Positions 8,619 to 16,701 of a stretch of 64,000 bases of DNA are shown here, one piece after another. Each line of letters starts with the position of its first letter. The stretch's first letter is position 1. Made by a program: the position numbers and the translations under genes. Source of the DNA: Solirubrobacterales bacterium (GTDB lineage Bacteria > Actinomycetota > Thermoleophilia > Solirubrobacterales > 70-9); NCBI GenBank assembly GCA_035764245.1, contig DASTZP010000004.1, positions 54,171 through 118,170 on the forward strand. Direction: 5' to 3'. The notes below the pieces were generated by a model. That model was not told where the DNA came from, made no database searches, and was given only the letters and a program-made list of their open reading frames with translations.

Positions 8619-9248
8619 ATGGGAGCCGAGCCGATCGAAACGCTGTCGGGCGATCCGACGCTGGAGTTGCCCGAGTTCGAGGGCCCGCCGCCAGACCCGC
8701 TGCCGCTGCTCGAGCGCTGGCTGCGGGACGCCGACGCGCGCGGCGTGCGGGAGCCGCGGGCGCTCGCCCTGGCCACGGCGGACGGCGAGGGACGGCCGTC
8801 GACCCGCATCCTCCTCCTCAAGCAGCTCGTCCCCACCCTCGTCTTCGCCGGCAGCTACGACAGCCGCAAGGGCCGCGACCTGGCGGCGAACCCGCGGGCC
8901 GCGGGAACGCTCTACTGGCGCGAGACGCTGCAGCAGATCACGATCGAGGGGCCGGTCGAGAGGCTGAGCGAGGCGGAGTCCGACGCGCTGTTCGCGGAGC
9001 GGCCGCCGGCGGGCAGGGCGACGACGGTCGCCTCCGAGCAGGGACAGGCGCTCGCCGACCCTGAGGGCCTGCGCCACAGGGCCGACGAGCTGGGCGGCGA
9101 GACCCTGCGCCGTCCACCGAACTGGGGCGGCTGGCGCCTCGACCCCGACACGATCGAGTTCTGGCACGGCAGCCCGTCCCGCCTCCACCGCCGCCTGCTC
9201 TACGTCAAGAGCGGCGGCGCCTGGTCGCACCGCCGTCTCCAGCCCTAG
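8619..9248 (+). CDS. pdxH: pyridoxamine 5'-phosphate oxidase
   Basis: ALATADGEGRPSTRILLLK, YDSRKGRDLAANPRAA, and the C-terminal PNWGGWRLDPDTIEFWHGSPSRLHRRLLY are typical of PdxH. Confidence 0.85.
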   Translation: MGAEPIETLSGDPTLELPEFEGPPPDPLPLLERWLRDADARGVREPRALALATADGEGRPSTRILLLKQLVPTLVFAGSYDSRKGRDLAANPRAAGTLYWRETLQQITIEGPVERLSEAESDALFAERPPAGRATTVASEQGQALADPEGLRHRADELGGETLRRPPNWGGWRLDPDTIEFWHGSPSRLHRRLLYVKSGGAWSHRRLQP

Positions 9249-10093
9249 CCCCGGGTGCCCCCGCCCGTCCCGTCCGGCGACCAGCCGGGGCCGCGGAAGA
9301 GGTAGCCGCAGCGCTCGCGCCAGCTCTTCGCGTGGCGGACGTCGTGGGCGATGGCGAGGAACTCGTGGAAGGCGACGCGGGTCGGCTTGAAGGTCCGGAT
9401 GTTCTGCGTCAGCCCGTAGCGGACCTTCTCGGTCTCACCCTGGAAGGTGCCGAAGAGGCGGTCCCAGACGATCAGGATGCCGCCGTAGTTGCGGTCGAGG
9501 TAGACCTCGTTGGAGCCGTGGTGGACGCGGTGGTGCGAGGGCGTGTTGAAGAAGTACTCGAACCAGGCGGGCATCTTCTTCACCCGCTCGGTGTGGATCC
9601 AGAACTGGTAGATGAGGCTGATCGCCTGCTGGGTGAGGATCATCCAGGGCGGGAAGCCGAGCAGCGCCAGCGGGGCCCAGAACGGCAGCGCCGTCATCGG
9701 CGTCCAGGTCTGCCGCAGCGCGGTCGAGAGGTTGTAGTGCTCGGAGGAGTGGTGGACGACGTGGCTGGCCCAGAAGATCCGCATCTCGTGGTGGATGCGG
9801 TGGAACCAGTAGTAGGCGAAGTCGTCGGCGAGGAAGAGCAGCGCGTAGGTCCACCACATGTCGGCCGGCATCCGCAGCGGCGTCAGCTCGTAGAGGCCGG
9901 CGTAGATCGCGACCACGATCAGCTTCCAGACGGCGTTGATGACGACGTTGCCGCCGCCCATCGTCAGGCTGGTGCGAGTGTCCCGCGCCTCGTAGCCGAC
10001 GAGGTCGTCGTCGCGCGCGTACTTGAACGAGAGCAGCTCGACAACGAGCAGCAGGACGAACGCGGGAATCGCGTAGAGGATCAGCTCCGCCAC
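9245..10093 (-). CDS. fatty acid hydroxylase / sterol desaturase family membrane protein
   Basis: Histidine boxes HRIHHEMR, HVVHHSSEHYN and HHRVHHGSN, plus NYGGILIVWDRLFGTF. GTG start at 10093. Confidence 0.85.
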   Translation of the reverse strand: MAELILYAIPAFVLLLVVELLSFKYARDDDLVGYEARDTRTSLTMGGGNVVINAVWKLIVVAIYAGLYELTPLRMPADMWWTYALLFLADDFAYYWFHRIHHEMRIFWASHVVHHSSEHYNLSTALRQTWTPMTALPFWAPLALLGFPPWMILTQQAISLIYQFWIHTERVKKMPAWFEYFFNTPSHHRVHHGSNEVYLDRNYGGILIVWDRLFGTFQGETEKVRYGLTQNIRTFKPTRVAFHEFLAIAHDVRHAKSWRERCGYLFRGPGWSPDGTGGGTRG

Positions 10094-10103
10094 GTCTCAA
10101 ATC

Positions 10104-10109
10104 TACAAT
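10104..10109 (+). promoter_or_regulatory. -10-like hexamer TACAAT placed for a leaderless transcript of the 10116 gene
   Basis: TACAAT ends 6 nt before the ATG at 10116. The whole divergent intergenic gap is only 22 nt, so there is no room for a 5' UTR or Shine-Dalgarno site. Confidence 0.3.
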
Positions 10110-10115
10110 CGTCAT

Positions 10116-10439
10116 ATGACCGGCGATCCTGAGCGGAAGATCACCGATGCGCTCGAGCGGCAACTGGTCGCTCCTCCCGACGTCCCCCTCGACGTGATCG
10201 TCGAGCTCGCCCCCGATCCGGTCGGAAGCTCGGCCACGGCAGCAGAGATGAAGGAGTCCTTCGAGAAGGCGGCCGCCCCGGTCAACGAGGCGATCGCTCG
10301 CAAGGGCGGCGAGGTCGTCGATTCGGTCTGGCTGAACCGCACCCTGCACGCGAAGGTCCCGGCGGCAAACGTGCGGGACCTGACCGGGCTCGAAGAGGTC
10401 GCGGCCCTCGACTCGCCACGCCCGATCGAGCCCGAGTAA
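10116..10439 (+). CDS. free-standing subtilase-prodomain (inhibitor I9)-like small protein
   Basis: GC3-rich frame. The C-terminal VDSVWLNRTLHAKVPAANVRDLTGLEEVAALDSPRPIEPE aligns by eye with the pre-catalytic segment VQACWLNSTIRAETNAALLGEVAEHESVERIDLPRRLEGE of the adjacent S8 peptidase. Confidence 0.55.
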   Translation: MTGDPERKITDALERQLVAPPDVPLDVIVELAPDPVGSSATAAEMKESFEKAAAPVNEAIARKGGEVVDSVWLNRTLHAKVPAANVRDLTGLEEVAALDSPRPIEPE

Positions 10440-11897
10440 CTACAACGCGATCGGGTCGACCAGGCCCGCGCCCTGTTCGTCGACCGAGACGCCGGGAAGC
10501 TGTCGGCAGGTAGCGATGACTCGGTCACGGACCGCATCGGGAGTGAGCGCGGGTTCGCGCTCGAGCAGCAGCGCCACCAGGCCGGTGACGTGCGGCGCGG
10601 CGAAGCTCGTACCGACGTCGGCGAGGGCGCCGATGCCACCACCGAGCATGATCCCGTCGATCTCGGCGCCGAAATCGCCGCCCGGCGCGACGACGTGGGG
10701 GCGCTGGCGTCCGCCGGGCGCCGGGCCACGACTGCTGTAGTCGGGAATGGCGGTGCCATCGGTGCTGGTCGCGCCGACCACGAGGACGCCCTCGGCGTCG
10801 GCAGGGGTGGTCAGGGTGCTGGGGCCGGGTCCCTTATTGCCGGCGCTCTTGACCACGACCAGGCCCAGCCTCCAGGCGGCGTCGCAGGCGCGGGCCTCGC
10901 GGCTCGTCCCGTCGGTGGCGGGGCCGCTGCCCCAGGAGCAGTTGACGACCCGCACTCCGTCCTCGAGTGCGTGCTGGATCGCCAGCGCACCCTCGAAGTC
11001 GGTGCTGTTGAGCGCTCGCTGCGTGGCGAGCACCTTGTAGTTGTAGACATGCGCCGCCGGCGCCATGCCGTCGAAGCCCGTGCTCGAGGCGGCGATCAGT
11101 CCCGCCACCGTGGTCCCGTGCGGGCCGGGCGTCCCGAACGGCTCCTGGGTGTAGTTGCGGCGGTGCACGACCCGGCCTGCGAGAGCGGGATGGTCACGCT
11201 GGACCTCGCTGTCGATCACCCCGACGAGAATCCCGTCGCCGTCGATCCCCGCCTTCGCCCGGAACGCCGCAGCGCTTTCGACGGTGACGTCGACCGCCTC
11301 TCCTTCGAGCCGCCGCGGCAGGTCTATCCGTTCGACCGACTCGTGCTCGGCGACTTCGCCCAGCAGGGCGGCGTTCGTCTCGGCGCGAATCGTGCTGTTC
11401 AGCCAGCAGGCCTGCACCGGCGCTGCCGCGATTCCGATCCTGGGAGGCCTCCCGCTTCCGCTCGACAGCGTCGCCGTACCGCGCTCGACCTGATCGCGGA
11501 GGTCGCCGAGTTGGTGGTAGAAGCGGTCGCGTTCGACTCGGATCGCGCTCTGGCGGGAGGCGGCGGCGAGGGCATCCTCCGCCCAGCTCGCCGCCTCGCC
11601 GATCTCCTGCAGCGCCGCCGCGACCGACTCGGCGCCTGCGGGCTCGACGGCAGGCGGCGGCTCGGCCTCGACCGAAGGCGCTTCGAGCTCGATCACCGCG
11701 GGCATCTCCGGACCGGGCGCGGGACCAAGCGTCTCCAGTTGCGGCGCGGCGAGGGCCCGCATCAGCGGCGGCTGGGAAAGAGCGAGGCAGAGGGCGTCGG
11801 TCGCCTTCTCGGCAAGGGCGTGGCCGAGTCCCTGCCTGGCCGTCTCTCTCGCCCGCTCGACCTCCTCGCGCGGCAGTTCGCCTTCTTCCCGAGCCAT
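10440..11897 (-). CDS. S8 (subtilisin) family serine peptidase with no recognisable signal peptide
   Basis: C-terminal 485 aa of track ORF 10440..13142, starting at MAREEGELPREEV. Triad motifs are VGVIDSEV (Asp), HGTTVAGLI (His) and GTSFAAPHVTG (Ser). The N-terminal ~150 aa are acidic/Ala-rich and not hydrophobic. Confidence 0.85.
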   Translation of the reverse strand: MAREEGELPREEVERARETARQGLGHALAEKATDALCLALSQPPLMRALAAPQLETLGPAPGPEMPAVIELEAPSVEAEPPPAVEPAGAESVAAALQEIGEAASWAEDALAAASRQSAIRVERDRFYHQLGDLRDQVERGTATLSSGSGRPPRIGIAAAPVQACWLNSTIRAETNAALLGEVAEHESVERIDLPRRLEGEAVDVTVESAAAFRAKAGIDGDGILVGVIDSEVQRDHPALAGRVVHRRNYTQEPFGTPGPHGTTVAGLIAASSTGFDGMAPAAHVYNYKVLATQRALNSTDFEGALAIQHALEDGVRVVNCSWGSGPATDGTSREARACDAAWRLGLVVVKSAGNKGPGPSTLTTPADAEGVLVVGATSTDGTAIPDYSSRGPAPGGRQRPHVVAPGGDFGAEIDGIMLGGGIGALADVGTSFAAPHVTGLVALLLEREPALTPDAVRDRVIATCRQLPGVSVDEQGAGLVDPIAL

Positions 11898-11962
11898 CTC
11901 AGGAGCGACCCTCCCTAATGCATCAGGGAGTGTCAAGTACTCCAGAGTTCCTTGAAAGGCGC

Positions 11963-13174
11963 CTAGAGGTAGCCGAGCGGGTCGGTGGGGGCGCCGTTGA
12001 TCCGCACCTCGAAGTGGAGGTGGGCGCCGTAGCTGTGGCCGGTGTTGCCGACGTAGCCGATCAGGTCGCCCTGGCCGACGCTGGCGCCGACCGAGGTGGC
12101 GAAGCTCGACTGGTGGGCGTAACAGGTGGAGAGACCGCCGCCGTGGTCGATGCAGGTGTAGTTGCCGTAGCCGCCGCTTTCGTGCTCGGACTGCATCAGG
12201 ATCACGGTGCCGCTGGCGGCGGCGCGGATCGGCGTCCCTTCGGCGGCGGCGATGTCGACGCCCTCGTGCATCCGCCCCCAGCGGTAGCCGAAGCCCGAGG
12301 TGACGGTGCCTTCGATCGGCCAGATGAACCCGGCCGCGCTCGGCGAGGGCATAGGCCCGGCCGGCAGCGGATAGCCGCCGGTCGCTTCGGCGATTTCCGC
12401 GGCGATCTGGGAGCGAAGGTCGGCGGCCACCTCCTCGTGCTCGTGGCGCTCGCCTTCGATCCCCTTCAGCGTCTGCCGCCGCTCCGCCCGCGCCGCCAGC
12501 AGCGCCCCCTCGCGCGACTCGAGCGTCGAGCGGGTCGCTTCCAGCCGCTGCTCCTTGGCGGCGATCTCGTCGCGGGCCTTTTCGATCGTCAATTTCGAGA
12601 TCTTCCGCACCCGCACCAGCTGCTTCGCTTCGTCGCGCAGTTCCCGGACCCGTCCGGCCAGCTTCTCGTCGCTTTCCTGGATCGCGTCGAAGTACTCGGT
12701 GCGGGCGACCAGGTCGCCGAAATCTTCGGAGCTGAGGATGACCGCGGTGAGGTCGGTCGAGCCGTAGGTGTAGATCGCGACCAGCCGCTCGCGCAGGTTG
12801 ACCAGCGCCCGCTTCAGCCGACCCCGCAGGGTCGTCAGGCGGTCCAGGGCCTCGCGCAGCTCGGCTTCGGCCCGGTCGAGCTCGGCCTGCTTGGCCGCCA
12901 GCTCTTCTTCGGCCGCCGCCTCCTGGTTGCGCAGGCTCGAGACCTGGCCTTCCAGGGCGGAGATTTCGTCCCCCATCGCGTCGATGTCGGAGGTCAGCAC
13001 GCCTTCGCGCTCTTCGACCGCGCCGATCTTCTCTTCGACCGCTTCCAGCTTCTCGGAGTTCGACTTCGCCGGCGCGGTGGCGACCGCCACCGTGCAGGAG
13101 GCGAGCAGGGCAAGGCACATCGCCAGGAGCGAGGGCAGCCAACGCCGGCGCGGTTTTGCGGTCGGATCAGGCAT
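11963..13174 (-). CDS. M23 family metallopeptidase with N-terminal signal/TM and long coiled-coil (EnvC-like architecture)
   Basis: Signal-like LPSLLAMCLALLASC, then ~250 aa of coiled-coil. M23 motifs are HEGVDIAAAEGTPI and GNTGHSYGAHLHFEVRING. Confidence 0.85.
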   Translation of the reverse strand: MPDPTAKPRRRWLPSLLAMCLALLASCTVAVATAPAKSNSEKLEAVEEKIGAVEEREGVLTSDIDAMGDEISALEGQVSSLRNQEAAAEEELAAKQAELDRAEAELREALDRLTTLRGRLKRALVNLRERLVAIYTYGSTDLTAVILSSEDFGDLVARTEYFDAIQESDEKLAGRVRELRDEAKQLVRVRKISKLTIEKARDEIAAKEQRLEATRSTLESREGALLAARAERRQTLKGIEGERHEHEEVAADLRSQIAAEIAEATGGYPLPAGPMPSPSAAGFIWPIEGTVTSGFGYRWGRMHEGVDIAAAEGTPIRAAASGTVILMQSEHESGGYGNYTCIDHGGGLSTCYAHQSSFATSVGASVGQGDLIGYVGNTGHSYGAHLHFEVRINGAPTDPLGYL

Positions 13175-13180
13175 GGAGTA

Positions 13181-13206
13181 AGAGAAAAGCCGGCATAGGT
13201 GCCGGC
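13181..13206 (-). terminator. rho-independent-type terminator after the RTX-like gene
   Basis: On the minus strand the sequence reads gccggca-ccta-tgccggc followed by ttttctct. It lies between the RTX-like stop (13267) and the M23 start (13174). Confidence 0.5.
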
Positions 13207-13266
13207 CTTAGACAAACCGTAGGCGGGCGAAAAGGCTCGCGCCCGCCGCAAAGGCGCGCTGCAACC

Positions 13267-14925
13267 TCAGTTGCGCAGGTACTCGCAGTGGCGCGCCCGG
13301 TCGCCGCCGCGGCCGCCGATGCAGCGATCCGGCCCGCCGCGCCCGTCGAGCTCGTCGCCGCCGCCGCGGCCGAGCAGCGTGTTCGGCCCGGCCGAGCCGG
13401 TCAGCCGGTCGGGCCCGGTCGAGCCCTCGATCTTCTCGGTGCTGCGGGCGATCCACCCGGGCGCGCATTCCCCCGCCTCCGGGTCCAGCACCTCGCCGCC
13501 GATCCGCGCTTCCACGTATATGCCTTCGTTGCGAACCCGCGCGAAGGAGGCGCTGTCGGTCGCGCCGGGACCGCCGCGGAAGACGTCCCCCTCGCACGGC
13601 TGGCCGCCGATCAGGAGGTCGTCGCCGCCGCCGCCGAACATCGCCGCGGCGCCGCTGCCCCGTCGCGGGTGGAGGATGTTGACGCCGAAGAGCGCATCGT
13701 CGCCGCCGCCGCCTTCGAGGCGATCGGGGTCGGCGTCGTCGCCCGCGTAAAGAGTGTCGCCGCCCGGCCCCCCCAGCAGCCAGTCGCTCCCCGGGCCGCC
13801 GTCGACCGTGACCGCGATTCCCGGCGGCAGCGAGCGCTCGAGGTCGACGAGGTCCGCCCCCGGCCCGAGGGAGACGAGGATCGAGCTGACCTGATCGGCG
13901 CAGAAGGCGGTGGAGCCTTCGAGCCCGCAGTCGCGGGCGTAGCGCGGATCGCCCAGCCGAACCGGGTTGCCGGCTTCGGCGCTGACGAGGAAGCGGCCCT
14001 GGCGGAAGCCGACGGAGATCTCGTCGACGCCGGCGTCGCCGGCGATCGCCAGGGTGGCGGCTCCGGTGAGGCTGTCATAGAGCTCGACCCGCGTTCCGGC
14101 GCCGCTGGCCGCCCCGCAGGACTCGACCACCGAGAAGGACCCGAAGCACTCGTCGCTGCCGGGGCCGCCGAAGGCCTCGTCCTCGCTATGGGAGCCGAGC
14201 AGGCGATCGTCGCCAGGCCCACCCTCGACCCGGTTGGCGGTAGCGTCGGAGGTGGCGAGGAGATCGTCGCCCGAGCCGCCGACGACGTCCTCGACGGCGA
14301 CCAGGTGCTCCTCCTCGGCGCCGCTGACCGAGCCGCTCGCGAGGTCGACCTCGATCGGCCCGCCGGCGCTGCGGTAGGAGACGATGTCGTGGCCTCCCGG
14401 CCCGCCGTCGATGCGGTCGCTGCCGATGCCGCCGCTGAGGGTGTCGAAGCTGCCCCGTCCGCCGTCTACTGCATCGTCGCCGAGGCCGCCCTCGACGTCG
14501 TCGCGCTCGGGACCGCCGCGGGCGGTGTCGTTGCCGCTGTCGCCCCGGACCCGGTCGCGGCCGGCGCCGCCGTCGAGCTCGTCCGAGCCGCGACCACCGC
14601 GGACGTAGTCCCTGCCCGTCTTGCCGTCGATCGTGTCCTTGCCCTTGCCGCCCTCGATCCGGTCGCGGCCGGGGCCGCCGCAGATGGTGTCGTTGCCACG
14701 GGCGCCGTAGATCCTGTTCGGGCCCGGACCGCCGAGGATCACGTCGGGGCCACGGGTGCCGTGGATGACGCGGTCGTTGGAAGCGATGGTGCCGTGGCGT
14801 CCCCCGCACAGCGCCTGCAGCGCGTCGGGAGAGTCGGCGAAGACGAGCATCAGGGCGAAGGAGGCGAGGACGACGGCTGCCAAGGCCAAGCCGGCGCGAC
14901 GACCCCCCGCAGCTGCTCGCAGCAT
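13267..14925 (-). CDS. secreted calcium-binding protein with hemolysin-type (RTX-like) GG-x-G-x-D repeats
   Basis: C-terminal 552 aa of track ORF 13267..15441, starting MLRAAAGGRRAGLALAAVVLASFALMLVFA (signal/TM). It has many repeats such as GGPGRDRIEGGKGKDTIDGKTGRDYVRGGRGSDELDGGAGRDRVRGDSGND. Confidence 0.75.
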   Translation of the reverse strand: MLRAAAGGRRAGLALAAVVLASFALMLVFADSPDALQALCGGRHGTIASNDRVIHGTRGPDVILGGPGPNRIYGARGNDTICGGPGRDRIEGGKGKDTIDGKTGRDYVRGGRGSDELDGGAGRDRVRGDSGNDTARGGPERDDVEGGLGDDAVDGGRGSFDTLSGGIGSDRIDGGPGGHDIVSYRSAGGPIEVDLASGSVSGAEEEHLVAVEDVVGGSGDDLLATSDATANRVEGGPGDDRLLGSHSEDEAFGGPGSDECFGSFSVVESCGAASGAGTRVELYDSLTGAATLAIAGDAGVDEISVGFRQGRFLVSAEAGNPVRLGDPRYARDCGLEGSTAFCADQVSSILVSLGPGADLVDLERSLPPGIAVTVDGGPGSDWLLGGPGGDTLYAGDDADPDRLEGGGGDDALFGVNILHPRRGSGAAAMFGGGGDDLLIGGQPCEGDVFRGGPGATDSASFARVRNEGIYVEARIGGEVLDPEAGECAPGWIARSTEKIEGSTGPDRLTGSAGPNTLLGRGGGDELDGRGGPDRCIGGRGGDRARHCEYLRN

Positions 14926-15029
14926 CCCGATCCTCCCCTCGCCTGGTCCCTCTCCTGAAACAAGTCTTCTTGTCCAATACCCGCTTGGGCGGGCGGCGAA
15001 CCGGCGGGCCGGGCGTGGGCCGGGGGACG

Positions 15030-15764
15030 CTAGGCCGACTGCCGCGCCGCCAGCTCCCCCGCCGGGTCCTCGTAGGCGAAGGTGCTGTAGCCGAGCCAGT
15101 CGGGCAGGCTGCGGACCAGGTGGTCGGGGCCGGTGACGCGGACCCGGTTCGAGCGCATCGCGGCCCCCAGCTCGATCTGCCCCAGCCAGACTTCCGCCAT
15201 CGCCCGCGCCTCGGCGTCGACCTGGAGGTCGATTCCGAAGCCGGGGTCGGTGAAGCAGAGGTCGGCGTTCGCCTTCTCGGCGACCAGCCACCAGGCCCGT
15301 TTGCCCTCCTCCGCGTCGCGGTAGCGGAAGAAGACGACGACCTGGTCGCCGGGCAGCCGGTCCAGCTTGACGCTGCGCCGCATGTCCCACATCAGCAGCG
15401 CCGGGTCGGCCTCTTCCTCGCTGATCTCCCGCTTCAGCCACTCCCGGCTCCAGTTGCCGAGCTGGACGACCAGCGGGCCCAAGGCCTCCCCCGCCGGCGT
15501 CAGTCGGTAGGCGTGCCCGCGCTCCCCCTGCAGCGGCTCCCGCGTGATCAGCCCCGAGCGCTCCATCTCCCGCAGCCGTTTGCTCAGCAGCGAGGAGGAC
15601 ATCCGCGGGACCCCGCGCTGGAGCTCGTTGAAGCGGGTGCTTCCCATCAGCAGCTCGCGCAGCACCAGCAGGGTCCAGCGCTCGGTCAGGACCTCCGCCG
15701 CTTGGGCGACCGGGCAGAACTGTCCGTAGCTCTCGGGCATCCTCGGGGCCGAGTGTACGCCCAC
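15030..15764 (-). CDS. HxlR-family transcriptional regulator with C-terminal extension
   Basis: CPVAQAAEVLTERWTLLVLRELLMGSTRFNELQRGVPRMSSSLLSKRLREMERSGLI is the HxlR wHTH. An alternative start is MPESYGQF at 15740. Confidence 0.8.
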   Translation of the reverse strand: MGVHSAPRMPESYGQFCPVAQAAEVLTERWTLLVLRELLMGSTRFNELQRGVPRMSSSLLSKRLREMERSGLITREPLQGERGHAYRLTPAGEALGPLVVQLGNWSREWLKREISEEEADPALLMWDMRRSVKLDRLPGDQVVVFFRYRDAEEGKRAWWLVAEKANADLCFTDPGFGIDLQVDAEARAMAEVWLGQIELGAAMRSNRVRVTGPDHLVRSLPDWLGYSTFAYEDPAGELAARQSA

Positions 15765-15856
15765 GGTCCCTCCCTAACTGCAGATTTTGAAGTTGAACCC
15801 TTGATCGCCCCGGCGTAGAAAAGGATCATCAAGCGATCCAAAAGGAGAAATCAGCA

Positions 15857-16696
15857 GTGAACCCCAGCACCGACACCCCAAGCCCCAGCCCCGAGCTGAG
15901 GGAGAAACACCGGAAAATGTGGGCCTCCGGCGACTACCCCTCGATGGTCGAGACCTTCCTGCTGCCGCTCGGTCCGCGCCTCGTCGCGGCCTGCGAGATC
16001 GGTCCCGGCGACCGCGTCCTCGACGTCGCCGCCGGCACCGGCAACGCCTCGATCCCCGCCGCCAAGACGGGCGCCGAGGTGGTCGCCAGCGACCTCACCC
16101 CGGAGCTCTTCGACGCCGGCCGCGCCCGCGCCGAGGCCGAGGGGGTCGAGCTGGAGTGGGTCGAGGCCGACGCCCACGACCTCCCCTTCGAGGACGACAG
16201 CTTCGACGTCGTCATCTCCTCGATCGGGGTGATGTTCGCGCCCTTCCACGAGAAGGCCGCCGCCGAGCTGGTCCGCGTCTGCAAGCCGGGCGGCAGGATC
16301 GGCCTGCTGAGCTGGACCCCGGAGGGGATAATCGGCGCCCTCTTCCGCGCCATGGGCCAGTTCATGCCTCCCCCTCCCGCCGGCGCGCAGCCGCCGCCGC
16401 TGTGGGGCGGCGAGGAGCACCTCCGCGGCCTGCTGGGCGAGGCGGTCGAGCTGGAGCGGGTCGAGAAAGGCCTCCTCGAGGTGACCGCCTTCCAGCGCCC
16501 CGACGACTACGGCGAGCACTTCAAGCAGCGCTACGGGCCGACGATCGCCGCCCGCGCCAACGCCGAGAAAGAGGGCCGCGCCGAGGAGTTCGACCGCACC
16601 CTGAGCGAGTTCTGCGCCGAGTGGAACCGCGGCGACGAGGAGCAGGCCCACTTCGGCATGGAGTACCTGCTGACCGTCGGGCGGAAGCGGGGCTGA
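15857..16696 (+). CDS. class I SAM-dependent methyltransferase
   Basis: Motif I is VLDVAAGTGNASIPAAKTGAEVVASDL. Post-I/II blocks are WVEADAHDLPFEDDSFDVVISSIGVMF. Divergent from the HxlR gene. Confidence 0.85.
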   Translation: MNPSTDTPSPSPELREKHRKMWASGDYPSMVETFLLPLGPRLVAACEIGPGDRVLDVAAGTGNASIPAAKTGAEVVASDLTPELFDAGRARAEAEGVELEWVEADAHDLPFEDDSFDVVISSIGVMFAPFHEKAAAELVRVCKPGGRIGLLSWTPEGIIGALFRAMGQFMPPPPAGAQPPPLWGGEEHLRGLLGEAVELERVEKGLLEVTAFQRPDDYGEHFKQRYGPTIAARANAEKEGRAEEFDRTLSEFCAEWNRGDEEQAHFGMEYLLTVGRKRG

Positions 16697-16701
16697 TCGC
16701 G

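Noticed and set aside
10440-13142. A 900-aa track ORF suggesting a giant S8 peptidase fusion.
   Set aside because: - Only the C-terminal 485 aa (from MAREEGELP at 11897) look like protein.
- The upstream 415 codons are Arg/Gly/Pro-rich.
- They overlap, in another frame, the well-supported M23 peptidase gene (11963-13174) on the same strand.
13267-14925. Periodic DNA repeats that might be mistaken for a CRISPR or other repeat array.
   Set aside because: - The periodicity is the coding image of GG-x-G-x-D nonapeptide repeats within one continuous ORF.
- There are no unique spacers and no cas genes.
13156-14958. A 600-aa plus-strand ORF. Similar long antisense or off-frame ORFs include 69-947, 4228-5388, 19758-21329, 19939-21486, 40262-41722, 50038-51603, 53112-54533 and 61305-63140.
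   Set aside because: - These are classic high-GC shadow ORFs. They have extreme Arg/Ala/Gly/Pro/Asp content and no recognisable motifs.
- Each fully overlaps a gene with clear family signatures: RTX-like, GGDEF, CopA, ADH/Kup, BVMO, LLM and the Ig-repeat protein.
15919-16701. N-terminal extensions of track ORFs suggesting much longer proteins. Examples are the FAD oxidoreductase (664 aa), EF-G-like (759 aa from 24442), BVMO (699 aa), the copper protein (401 aa) and the RTX-like protein (724 aa).
   Set aside because: - The extensions are Arg/Pro-rich and overlap neighbouring real genes.
- Internal starts coincide with the beginning of recognisable domains or signal peptides.
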